Source of the DNA: a virus
Length of the DNA stretch: 64,000 bases
Virus record (IMG/VR): IMGVR_UViG_3300036823_000120
Location: 1-64,000 of that record
Strand: one strand, 5' to 3'
A model generated the notes under the pieces. It made no database searches. It was not told where the DNA came from and saw only the letters and a program-made list of their open reading frames with translations. This document shows positions 52,932 through 62,140 of the stretch, piece after piece. A program made the position numbers and the translations under genes. The stretch's first letter is position 1. Every line of letters begins with the position of its first letter.

Positions 52932-53399
52932 AACTTCCTCAAGCTAATACAAACGTTTTATCTTGTAAATGCTTAATCGTTACATTTAGAAAAATACCAT
53001 ATACATTATTAAAATGAGTATACAGTAAATTTGCTAATACTCTTAATTCTCTTGGTGTATCTTCAGTAAGATATTTTGTTACAAATGTTAAATATTCTTC
53101 AATTGATCCTGTAATAAAGCCTTTTGAGTCTCTATCACAATAGGCTGTTGTAATTTTTAAGTAACCAGTGTTTATAAGTAAGTCAACAACATCTTGAGGC
53201 AATTCAAAATAAAAAGTTACAAATATCCACTGATAAGATGGATTTAAGTTAAATAGGCTCCTAGCCAACATAGACAATTTGTCAAGTGGCTTGGAGCTTT
53301 TCTTATCAATCTCAGTAAGTTCAATACACTTTGAAAGTATATTAAAATCAATTTGTGATTGAATCACAGATTGTAATTTATACATTATTTACCTCCAAA

Positions 53400-53469
53400 C
53401 ACCCCGATAGAGAGTCGAACTCTATTAACCAAACTTTGTAAAAGATGGTTAAATACCATTATTCGGAGC
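53400..53469 (-). ncRNA. D-arm-less tRNA-like element
   Basis: GCTCCGA/TCGGGGT acceptor; TAGAG-TTCGACT-CTCTA T arm; TTAACCA/TGGTTAA stem. Confidence 0.5.
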
Positions 53470-53512
53470 GGATGAGGAACTGTCGCTTCACTTACAGTTC
53501 CTCACCTTGTTT

Positions 53513-53878
53513 TTAATGCCTCAGATATTCTATGCCATTGATTGTAAGCTTTGCAGGAAGTTCTGGCATTGGACCACCAACAGTGAGTGGCAAGCTCGAA
53601 GGCTTTCCAGTAAGCACAGCCGGCCCTGTTTGCAGAATCGTAGTCACTTGTGGAACTGCACGGACAACTGGAGCAGCCATATTATACGAAGAAGTAGACG
53701 AAAAGCTGCTTTGAGTCGTCGAAGACGAACAATTACCATTCGAACAATTACCATTCGAACAATTACCACTCGCAGTGGCCTGATGGCGACCCTTACCAAA
53801 GATACCAAACGGACCGGCAAACGTAGTGGATGCAACAGCCAGAACCAGAAGCATTGCAAGCATAAATTGCTTACGCAT
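53513..53878 (-). CDS. Secreted low-complexity protein with GNCSN repeats
   Basis: Signal peptide; SGNCSNGNCSNGNCS; AGGAG RBS. Confidence 0.7.
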   Translation of the reverse strand: MRKQFMLAMLLVLAVASTTFAGPFGIFGKGRHQATASGNCSNGNCSNGNCSSSTTQSSFSSTSSYNMAAPVVRAVPQVTTILQTGPAVLTGKPSSLPLTVGGPMPELPAKLTINGIEYLRH

Positions 53879-53971
53879 TACTTTCTCCTAAAAGTTAAAA
53901 GTGCCTGTACCGTATTACACGGTATTCACATGTGGAGGTTACAGGCTTATACCTCTACCCAACAAGGGATA

Positions 53972-54667
53972 TTATTCTCGTGATACAGCACCTTCAGGCT
54001 TTTTATCCACGAGTTCAACTTTGGTCTCAGGAGGATTCTTAAATTCCTTTAAGACATTATGATATTCTTCAATATTTGGTGTATCAAATTGTTGCGATGC
54101 TGATACAATTTGTGGACCATACCAATTATATTTCTTTGTTTCTATGAACTTACTAGAAATGATTGCACACTTGTCAATCAAAGCTTTAAAGTTCGCGGCT
54201 TCATTCTTTGCAGTCTTTGACGCCATCAGATACGTTGCAAATCCATGACCTGGGATGAAAATCAAAAATTGTGGACCACACATTGCACCATCACCAAAAA
54301 TACCACGATCTGCAATTTCACGAACTTTCTTGAAGCCTTCACTATTAGGATCATAGAAAGAAATTGGCTTATCGCCAGAAGTAGACAATGCAATGGGTCT
54401 CCATGCACAAACCCAACATTGGACATTTTGTCCAAGGTCAATAATTGCTTTTCCCTTGAAAATTGCATGGTTACCAACTCTTACATCGCCACGCTGAACA
54501 GGCACACTCGTAGCACTCATAAGCTGAACATATGGAAGATAATTTCCAATTGTTGCTAAATCGTCGAATGCTGCTTCAGTATACCTGTCAGGCACCAATT
54601 CCGAAGACTTAGGCATTGCAGCAATTGCATTACTTGCTGAATTCGGATTTACAATCTCAGTGTTCAT
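53972..54667 (-). CDS. Hypothetical replication-module protein (possible SSB)
   Basis: 231-aa ORF between ParB and helicase; LPYVQL and WYGP motifs; function from context only. Confidence 0.45.
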   Translation of the reverse strand: MNTEIVNPNSASNAIAAMPKSSELVPDRYTEAAFDDLATIGNYLPYVQLMSATSVPVQRGDVRVGNHAIFKGKAIIDLGQNVQCWVCAWRPIALSTSGDKPISFYDPNSEGFKKVREIADRGIFGDGAMCGPQFLIFIPGHGFATYLMASKTAKNEAANFKALIDKCAIISSKFIETKKYNWYGPQIVSASQQFDTPNIEEYHNVLKEFKNPPETKVELVDKKPEGAVSRE

Positions 54668-54738
54668 TCATCACCTTTCAAAGTCAAGATCATTGGATGT
54701 TATAAGCTACCACGAAATGTGGTAGCTTACGTTAAAAC

Positions 54739-55830
54739 TTACTGGCCATTCTGAGGCACAAAGGACGGGTCAATTGGTTGATTCAGATTGACAGGTACAA
54801 CAGGGTGACCATTAACGCCAACACCGGCAGTAGTTGTAACTGCTTTTGCGGCCTGATCTTTCTTTTGTTGGCGTTCTGCTTCACGCTTCTTCTTATCCTC
54901 ATCACGTTCCTTCTTACGTTGCTCATACCGATGACGATCAAATTCGACAGATTCAGGATCGAGATGCATTGAATACTTGAGAGCAATTTCAGCAGAAGCT
55001 AGGCACATAAGCTTTACTTCATCAGGTTGATTCTGAACCTGTTGAAGAACAAGGGTTCCAACCTTAGACGAAGTGAATTCTTTCTTCGCAAAAGCGGCAA
55101 GTTCTTCCTTGAGAGTCACAGGACGTTGAAGTCGAGGAACAGGAACAAACCCTTCCTCAGCCGGAGCACGTCCTTCAGAGCGAGCATCACGAATCGCCTT
55201 ATAAGCAGAAGTTGCGATTGGGATGAATTCATTCGGGGACAACGAAATTGCCTGATTCGCAAGTTCATCTTGCTTTTCAGGAGGCAACTTGGCGAGTGCA
55301 TAAGCATTCGCCAACCCGATGTCACCACTATCAACCAACTTTTGGATAGGCTCATTAAGCTTCACGAGTTGCAAGCGATCACGTAGCCAAGAGTTCGACT
55401 TACTAAGACGTGAGGCCAACTCAGTCATAGTTAAAAGCGGATTTGCACTCATGATCTTGATGAGTGCCTTTGTGTATTGTACCGCCTTAGTTTCAATCCT
55501 ATGTACATTGGCAAGAATCTGAGCTTCAATCAAATCCGCGTCTTTCAGCGAACCAATTTGTGCAGGGATTTCATTAAGACCTGCATCCATTGCAGCATTG
55601 AAACGGTGTAAGCCATCAATAAGACCGTAAAGGATTTCACCACTTGCAGGGTCTTTAATTTCTCGCACCAAAATGGGATTCATAATCCCACGCTTTTTCA
55701 CACTGTCTACAAGTTGGATATAATCTTCATCTTGCTTATCGACAGCGGTGCGAAGTGCTTCACTGTTCTCACGAATCTTCTTAAGAGGAATCTTTGCTTG
55801 TGTCGTATTCTTGAAGTTAAAATCGTCCAT
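54739..55830 (-). CDS. ParB-family protein (N-domain, HTH, charged C-terminus)
   Basis: LVDSVKKRGIMNPILVR; LIDGLHRFNAA; ANVHR; ELASRLSKSNSWL. Confidence 0.9.
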   Translation of the reverse strand: MDDFNFKNTTQAKIPLKKIRENSEALRTAVDKQDEDYIQLVDSVKKRGIMNPILVREIKDPASGEILYGLIDGLHRFNAAMDAGLNEIPAQIGSLKDADLIEAQILANVHRIETKAVQYTKALIKIMSANPLLTMTELASRLSKSNSWLRDRLQLVKLNEPIQKLVDSGDIGLANAYALAKLPPEKQDELANQAISLSPNEFIPIATSAYKAIRDARSEGRAPAEEGFVPVPRLQRPVTLKEELAAFAKKEFTSSKVGTLVLQQVQNQPDEVKLMCLASAEIALKYSMHLDPESVEFDRHRYEQRKKERDEDKKKREAERQQKKDQAAKAVTTTAGVGVNGHPVVPVNLNQPIDPSFVPQNGQ

Positions 55831-55831
55831 T

Positions 55832-56086
55832 TTATAATTCTGGCTTCTTGGGTGGTGGTACAGTTGCAATCTGGATGGGTAACTGCGTTATCCCTAATTC
55901 CAGTGCAGCTTGATACCGATAATAGCCATCTATAATGGTATATAAGCCATTCGTCTTATGCTGTACAAGAAGTGGCTCAAGAATACCATCAAGGCGGATA
56001 TCTTCTCGTAACTCGACGAAAAGCTGTCCGCTAGGCTGTGAAGGTTTGGGTGGTTGCCTGATTTCCATGATGTTAACTATTAACAT
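55832..56086 (-). CDS. Minimal ParB/Srx N-domain protein
   Basis: LREDIRLDGILEPLLV..YTIIDGYYRYQAALELG. Confidence 0.85.
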   Translation of the reverse strand: MLIVNIMEIRQPPKPSQPSGQLFVELREDIRLDGILEPLLVQHKTNGLYTIIDGYYRYQAALELGITQLPIQIATVPPPKKPEL

Positions 56087-56190
56087 GTTATAAGCTCCTA
56101 CCTGATAAGCATATTTTCATTTCTAATGTCTAGTCTGCTTTTCTCCTTATTCTTATATTCGTTTTAATATTTCCTAGATGCCGCAATGGG

Positions 56191-56544
56191 CCTCTACTCA
56201 TATAACCGCAGTTACAGTCAAAAATCCCAAAATAATTCTGGCGGCTCGCTCCACCGACCAGCATCGCCCTGGCGAGCCGTTTGGCGGCTCTCACGTCGCC
56301 CAAACGGGGCGAACGCGATCGAGTCTGAAGATCGGGCCGGGCGAGACGATCGACGGGCAGACGCGAGCTAATGAGCCGGTCTCTCGATTGTTGTTCATGT
56401 TGCGATTTAGACTACTACTATATGAAGGAATTAAAATGAAATTTGAATGGGTCATAGAGTAGTATATAGGAAGTAAATGAAGAACAACACGATTCCGGAC
56501 TATTTTGGGATTTTTGGCCGTAACTGCGGTCATATAGGTAGAGG
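56191..56544. repeat. About 50-bp imperfect inverted repeats (56191-56241 / 56495-56544) flanking a GC-rich core
   Basis: CCTCTAC..ATAT.ACCGCAGTTAC.G.CAAAAATCCCAAAATA on both arms. Confidence 0.92.
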
Positions 56545-56603
56545 AACCACAACATCACTAATCGTGAAAATACCAAACAATTGTTAGAATGACAATAAAA
56601 ACA

Positions 56604-56791
56604 GCTTATGAGCCTTATTTTAGCTTATCAGGTATGCTTATGAGCCTTATTTTAGCTTATCAGGTATGCTTATGAGCCTTATTTTAGCTTATCAGGTATG
56701 CTTATCAGATATGCTTATCAGGTATGCTTATGAGCTTTATTTTAGCTTATCAGGTATGCTTATGAGCCTTATTTTAGCTTATGAGACTTAT
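56604..56791. repeat. 32-bp tandem array GCTTATGAGCCTTATTTTAGCTTATCAGGTAT (3 perfect units plus variants)
   Basis: Unit starts 56604, 56636, 56668; CTTAT every 9-13 bp. Confidence 0.97.
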
Positions 56792-56817
56792 TTTTACAAA
56801 CTGAATAAGGTGAACTA

Positions 56818-59565
56818 ATGAATCCTATGCGTTGTGAAGCAATTGCACGCTTATTGATTGCAAAAACACATCCAGACCTTGCTAAGCTTTACACGCCTGA
56901 GATGGAAGTACAAGTTCTTGCTGCTAAAGATGATGGTGAGATGATTAAAGAACCAGGCTTTCAAGGTAAGGAATGGAGAGCTTTTACAGATGGCTTTAAC
57001 ACATGGAAATCAATAAGAATTCCATATAAAGCTAACACAGAACCTGAATATGAAGATAAGCCAATAAGCTTTTCACTTGAACATCATGCTGAAGGTATTG
57101 GCATGACTGGTTGGAATTGGAAGAAAAGAACATCTCAATGGGTAGCTTATGACTTCGATGCAATTGTCGGACACTCTGATAAGCACTCTAAAAAGCTTAC
57201 AGATAAGGAACTTGAAGAAGTCACAGAGCAACTTAAGAGGATTCCATTTTCCACTTTACGCTTATCAACGTCTGGAAAGGGCTTACATCTCTATGTATTT
57301 CTTGATTCCATTCCTACTGCTAATCACACTGAACATGCTGCTCTTGCTCGTAGTGTCTTAAGTATGCTTAGCGGTATGGTTGGAGCAGATTTCACCACAA
57401 GAGTAGATATTTGTGGTGGAAATATGTGGGTATGGCATCGTAAAATGTATACATCATATGTATTACATAAAGATAACATAAGCTTTGGTGATAAGAATCA
57501 AGGTCTTAAGCTTATTAAGCAAGGTGAAGTGTTAAAAGAAGTTCCAGCTAATTGGCGTGATCATGTTCCCGTTATATCTCGCACATGTAAAACAACTATA
57601 CCTTCATTTGTATATGATTTAAATACAACTGATCCCGATAAGCTTTTCACAGAGTTGTCTAGTCAACGTCCTAAAACTCCACTTGATCTAGAGCATAAAA
57701 AGCTTATAGAATGGTTATCGCACAATAATTGTCGCTGGTGGTGGGATAATGATAACTGGATGCTTGTAACTCACACATATCACTTAAAAGAAGCCCATCT
57801 TGCTTTAAAAATGAGAGGTAAATACGAAACTTTAGCGACTGGAAGTGAAAGAGGAGGAGATCACAATGCATTTTGTTTTCCTGTGCGTGGCGGAGCTTGG
57901 GCTATACGCCGTTATTCTCTAGGAGTTAAAGAAGCTGATACATGGGAACAAGATGGTTCCAGATGGACGAGATGCTACATCAACAGGGATATTGACCTGT
58001 CTTTAGCTGCTAGAATGTATGATGGAGTAGAACATGAAAAAGGTGGTTTCATCTTTAGAGATGCTGAATCAGCCGTAAAAGCTTTGTCAGAAGTTGGAGT
58101 TAATTTTGACCCACTACCAGCTTGGATTACTGGCAGAAAAACAATTTTAAAGCCAGTTAGAGGCGATAATAAGCTTTTGGTGACAATTGAAGCAGAAGAA
58201 GGCAAGGACGATGCAACAAAGATGTCAGGATGGTATATTGAAAAGAAGTTTTGGCGAAGAATTTTTAGAGTAGATCTTCCTACAGTACCAAGTGGAGATA
58301 ACAAAGAAGATTATAATGATTTAATTCGCCATGTAAGTAACGAAGAAGGTGCAGATGCTGGGTGGATGCTTAGGCGAGAAGGACATTGGTGTGATGAACC
58401 AATCGAACACATTAAAATTGTACTTAGAAGTATGGACCAAGATCAGCGATCTATTGATCAAATCCTAGGCGGATCAATTATTAATGCTTGGAAGCTAGTA
58501 AATCATCCTTTTCAGCCAGAATATCCAGGAAATCGTGAATGGAATCGTGATGCTGCACGCTTTATAGTTGCTCCAACAGCCGATGCTGAGCAACTTAGCT
58601 ATCCAACATGGCAAAAAGTCCTTGAAAATTGCGGTAAAGGTCTTGATTACGATATAAAAGATCATGTATGGTGTAAAGAAAATAGTATAAGCAATGGTGC
58701 CGATTACTTAAAGCTTTGGTTAGCATGTATGTTCAAGTTCCCTGATCGTCCTACACCATATTTGGCCTTTTGGGGCGATCAGGATAGCGGAAAAAGCACA
58801 TTTCACGAAATGTTAAATTTGCTTTTTGAAGGCGGTACAATGGGTGCTGATACTGCACTCACATCAAAGGAAGGCTTTAATGGTGAATTACTATCTGCAA
58901 TTCTATGTATAGTTGAAGAAACTAGCATGAAAGGTAGCACATTAGCTAATAGAAGAATCAAAGATTGGGTAACAAGCCCTTACATCACGATTCACGCAAA
59001 GAACTGTACTCCATATCGTGCAAAAAATTACACGCATTGGATACAAACAGCTAATGAACAAGAAGATTGTCCAGTATTTCCTGGAGATACAAGAATTACG
59101 TTAATTCATGTATCTGAATTACAAAAAGATAAAATGATCCCAAAAGACGAATTACGAACATTGCTCCAAAAAGAGGCTCCTGATTTCTTAGCAAGTGTCC
59201 TTGCTATTGAAATTCCTAAGTCAAATAGTCGTCTAGCGCTCCCAATTATTGAAACTTCTGATAAAAAGAGACTTGAACAGAAAAATATGTCTCTTATTGA
59301 GCAATTTATCTTAGAAGAAGTTGCTTGTGTAGATGGTTATTTAATTGCTGCAACTGAATTTCACGAGAAATTTAGTTGTTGGGTTGATGACAAGGAACGT
59401 GGAAATTGGTCAAAGACCAAAATTGGTCGAGAGTTACCTAATAAGTTTCCTCGGGGTCGTATTGGTAATTCCAACGAAACTGGTTATGGGAATATGACGT
59501 TCGATAAAGAAGCCAAACCCGCCAGAAAACTTATTTTAAAAGGTATGTACTTACGCCCGGAGTAA
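56818..59565 (+). CDS. Primase-helicase (AEP-like N-terminus, D5-like SF3 helicase)
   Basis: YDFD, STSGKGLHLY; GDQDSGKST; IVEE; WIQTAN. Confidence 0.85.
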   Translation: MNPMRCEAIARLLIAKTHPDLAKLYTPEMEVQVLAAKDDGEMIKEPGFQGKEWRAFTDGFNTWKSIRIPYKANTEPEYEDKPISFSLEHHAEGIGMTGWNWKKRTSQWVAYDFDAIVGHSDKHSKKLTDKELEEVTEQLKRIPFSTLRLSTSGKGLHLYVFLDSIPTANHTEHAALARSVLSMLSGMVGADFTTRVDICGGNMWVWHRKMYTSYVLHKDNISFGDKNQGLKLIKQGEVLKEVPANWRDHVPVISRTCKTTIPSFVYDLNTTDPDKLFTELSSQRPKTPLDLEHKKLIEWLSHNNCRWWWDNDNWMLVTHTYHLKEAHLALKMRGKYETLATGSERGGDHNAFCFPVRGGAWAIRRYSLGVKEADTWEQDGSRWTRCYINRDIDLSLAARMYDGVEHEKGGFIFRDAESAVKALSEVGVNFDPLPAWITGRKTILKPVRGDNKLLVTIEAEEGKDDATKMSGWYIEKKFWRRIFRVDLPTVPSGDNKEDYNDLIRHVSNEEGADAGWMLRREGHWCDEPIEHIKIVLRSMDQDQRSIDQILGGSIINAWKLVNHPFQPEYPGNREWNRDAARFIVAPTADAEQLSYPTWQKVLENCGKGLDYDIKDHVWCKENSISNGADYLKLWLACMFKFPDRPTPYLAFWGDQDSGKSTFHEMLNLLFEGGTMGADTALTSKEGFNGELLSAILCIVEETSMKGSTLANRRIKDWVTSPYITIHAKNCTPYRAKNYTHWIQTANEQEDCPVFPGDTRITLIHVSELQKDKMIPKDELRTLLQKEAPDFLASVLAIEIPKSNSRLALPIIETSDKKRLEQKNMSLIEQFILEEVACVDGYLIAATEFHEKFSCWVDDKERGNWSKTKIGRELPNKFPRGRIGNSNETGYGNMTFDKEAKPARKLILKGMYLRPE

Positions 59566-59861
59566 TGATGACGCCTTACAATCAGTTTATAGATATGCTT
59601 AACAAGGCAGGATATATACTTGTTAAAGGAACGACTTATATCAATATCAAAGACAAAGAATATGTGATTGATCGAGGGATGCCCGGCATCATTTTTGTCA
59701 GCCTTGGAAAAGGACTAATGGGAACAGAAAATGCTTATACAAATTTAGATTTTGACGCAAACACAGGAGAATTCCTTGACCATTCAAGTCGATTCGACGA
59801 GGGAATTGTTTCAAATGAATTATAGTCAACTTTAGGAACCTATTAATCTTAAGGATAACAA

Positions 59862-60431
59862 ATGCGTAAAGTCATTGGGATAGGACATCAAAAGGGAGTT
59901 GGCAAAGATCATTTTGTTAATTATTGTTTTGATGTCTTACGTACAGAGACTCGTAAGCTTAAGATTGTACGACGTGGATTTGCTGATAAGCTTTATCAGT
60001 TTCTTCATAGTACATATGCTTGGGCAGGTTTTCGAGAGAAAACTTATTATGACGAAAAGCCTGAACGAAAGAACGAAGTCCTAAAGAATGGTAAAACTCC
60101 TCGTCAAATGCTTATTGATGTAGGAACACCTGTTATGCGTGCCTATGATAATGATATTTGGATTAATGCTTGTCTAAAAGATGAAGATTATGACATTTTA
60201 TTTGTAACTGATCTTCGTTTTCCAAATGAATTTATAGCTATAGAAGAAATGGGAGGTTATTTGATACGTATTATACGTCCTGGATTACCTATTCCAACTG
60301 ATGTAGCTGATACTGCTCTAAACGGATGGGAAGAACGATGGAAGTTCACATTCCAAAATAACGAAGATAAAAAGAAGCTTTACACTTTAGCTGAAGCTTT
60401 TACATTGACTCATATTTTGGAAAGAAAATAA
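59862..60431 (+). CDS. Phage dNMP kinase
   Basis: GHQKGVGKD; FADKL; TPRQMLIDVGT; VTDLRFPNE. Confidence 0.88.
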   Translation: MRKVIGIGHQKGVGKDHFVNYCFDVLRTETRKLKIVRRGFADKLYQFLHSTYAWAGFREKTYYDEKPERKNEVLKNGKTPRQMLIDVGTPVMRAYDNDIWINACLKDEDYDILFVTDLRFPNEFIAIEEMGGYLIRIIRPGLPIPTDVADTALNGWEERWKFTFQNNEDKKKLYTLAEAFTLTHILERK

Positions 60432-61333
60432 TGTCAGATGATATCCTTGGAATGCTTATGGGCATGAATGATGAAAAGGAAGTTCGAGAAACTTATCTTA
60501 GACTTCCTTTTGGTTATCCAGGTTCAAAAGCTAATGAATTGCACAATATTTTGCCTCACTTACCTTATACAGACAAGTATGCAGAACCATTTGGTGGCTC
60601 TGGAATTGTTCTACTGAATCGAAAACCATCAAAGTTAGAGGTTTTCAATGATAGGTATGCCGGAGTTACTTGCTTCTTCCGGGTTATCCGAGATCCAATT
60701 CTCAGGGAACAGCTTATTGAGCGACTTGCCATTACTCTTCACTCACGAGAAGAGTTCTGTTGGTGTAAGTCAACATGGAAAGACCATGCTGATCCTGTTG
60801 AGAGAGCGGCAAGATGGTTCTACACAATTAGATATGCGGTCAATAGTAAGCCAACATCAACATTCGGTCGCTCACTCACTGCCAAGGCGAGTTTTGCACA
60901 CAAGCTCCCAATTTCACTTGAGCTTTTTCTCCCGGTTTCTGTTCGACTTGAAAGAGTGCAGATCGAGAATTTGGATTGGAGATTATGTCTAAGGGACTAC
61001 GATCAAGAAGGAATGGTTTGGTACTTAGATCCAAGTTATCTTGGTACTCAAGGTAATTATGAATTCGAACTTACTAGAGCCGATCATATTGAACTTTGTG
61101 ATCGTGTACATAATCTTAAAGGTTATGTTGCTTTAAGTGGTTTCGATAATGACTTAACAAATGAGATATATGGACGTTACAAATGGAAAGAAGTTTTTGC
61201 TTGGAAACGCCAAACTAGAGCTTTGACACAAAGTTTTAGTGACACGAATAATCTTGAAGGTTATGAGGGTGACACGGAACGTGGTGTGAAATCACATGTC
61301 AAAGAGGCTTTATGGTTAAAGGACTTCAAATGA
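60431..61333 (+). CDS. Dam-like (D12 class) N6-adenine DNA methyltransferase
   Basis: FGYPGSK; YAEPFGGSG; EVFND; YLDPSY. Confidence 0.88.
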   Translation: MSDDILGMLMGMNDEKEVRETYLRLPFGYPGSKANELHNILPHLPYTDKYAEPFGGSGIVLLNRKPSKLEVFNDRYAGVTCFFRVIRDPILREQLIERLAITLHSREEFCWCKSTWKDHADPVERAARWFYTIRYAVNSKPTSTFGRSLTAKASFAHKLPISLELFLPVSVRLERVQIENLDWRLCLRDYDQEGMVWYLDPSYLGTQGNYEFELTRADHIELCDRVHNLKGYVALSGFDNDLTNEIYGRYKWKEVFAWKRQTRALTQSFSDTNNLEGYEGDTERGVKSHVKEALWLKDFK

Positions 61334-61564
61334 ATGGTTTTAAGTGCGTAGAGTGTCAATCACTGTTTCCTGAAGCTGTAATTTTGGAACATGCTGTAAG
61401 GTTGAGATTAGATGTCAACCATTTAAAGTGCCCAGTTTGTGGCTGTCAATTCACAGATGAAAAACTTGGTCAAGAGTTTCATGGCCAAAGTAACTCGCCC
61501 TCAATTCGTGAATGTAGTTGGACTAATCCAAGTACCGCTTCACCTGACGACCGATAGGAGCAAT

Positions 61565-62140
61565 ATGTCTGGTGGTAAAAACATTGACGAACTTGGACCA
61601 TACACACGACCACGCTCATTGACAAAAGTTCACTTCATGAGCTTTTATCCAAACGAAATCAAGATTGATGATATTAGTTATCACTTGGCACGGGCAGGTC
61701 GATTTGGCAATGCTATCGAACCTTGGTATAGTGTTGCAGAACATTCTGTAATGATGGCAAATATATTCATTGAACGGGATGATGACTTAGTTCTTGCTCG
61801 TCAAGCTTTGATGCACGATGCTGCGGAATATTTATTTACAGATCTTCCAGCACCAATCAAGAAATTCTGCAAAGACTATGAAAACTTAATAGATAACTTT
61901 GAAGCCAAGCTTATGGACCACTTTGGTGTTCAGTTTCCGTATGATCCAAAGATAAAGAATCTTGATAAGATCATGTGTTCGACTGAACAGTTAATATTAC
62001 GTGGACATGAGCCAGATACATATGACGATATTAAGCCAGATGAAAATATGTTCTTTCATTTGTGGCCGTGGCAAAAAGCTCAAAATGAATTTCAAATAAT
62101 GTTTCAATATCTCTTTCCTGATTATAAGGATACTGAATAA
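61565..62140 (+). CDS. HD-domain 5'-deoxynucleotidase-like protein
   Basis: IDDISYHLA...RF; YSVAEHS; LMHDAAEY..D.P.PIK; GGAG RBS. Confidence 0.85.
   Translation: MSGGKNIDELGPYTRPRSLTKVHFMSFYPNEIKIDDISYHLARAGRFGNAIEPWYSVAEHSVMMANIFIERDDDLVLARQALMHDAAEYLFTDLPAPIKKFCKDYENLIDNFEAKLMDHFGVQFPYDPKIKNLDKIMCSTEQLILRGHEPDTYDDIKPDENMFFHLWPWQKAQNEFQIMFQYLFPDYKDTE

Noticed and set aside
56178-56533. Opposing ORFs sharing TAVTxKNPKI
   Set aside because: Artefact of the inverted repeat arms
56604-56791. CRISPR array
   Set aside because: Units are contiguous with no unique spacers; no cas genes in the window
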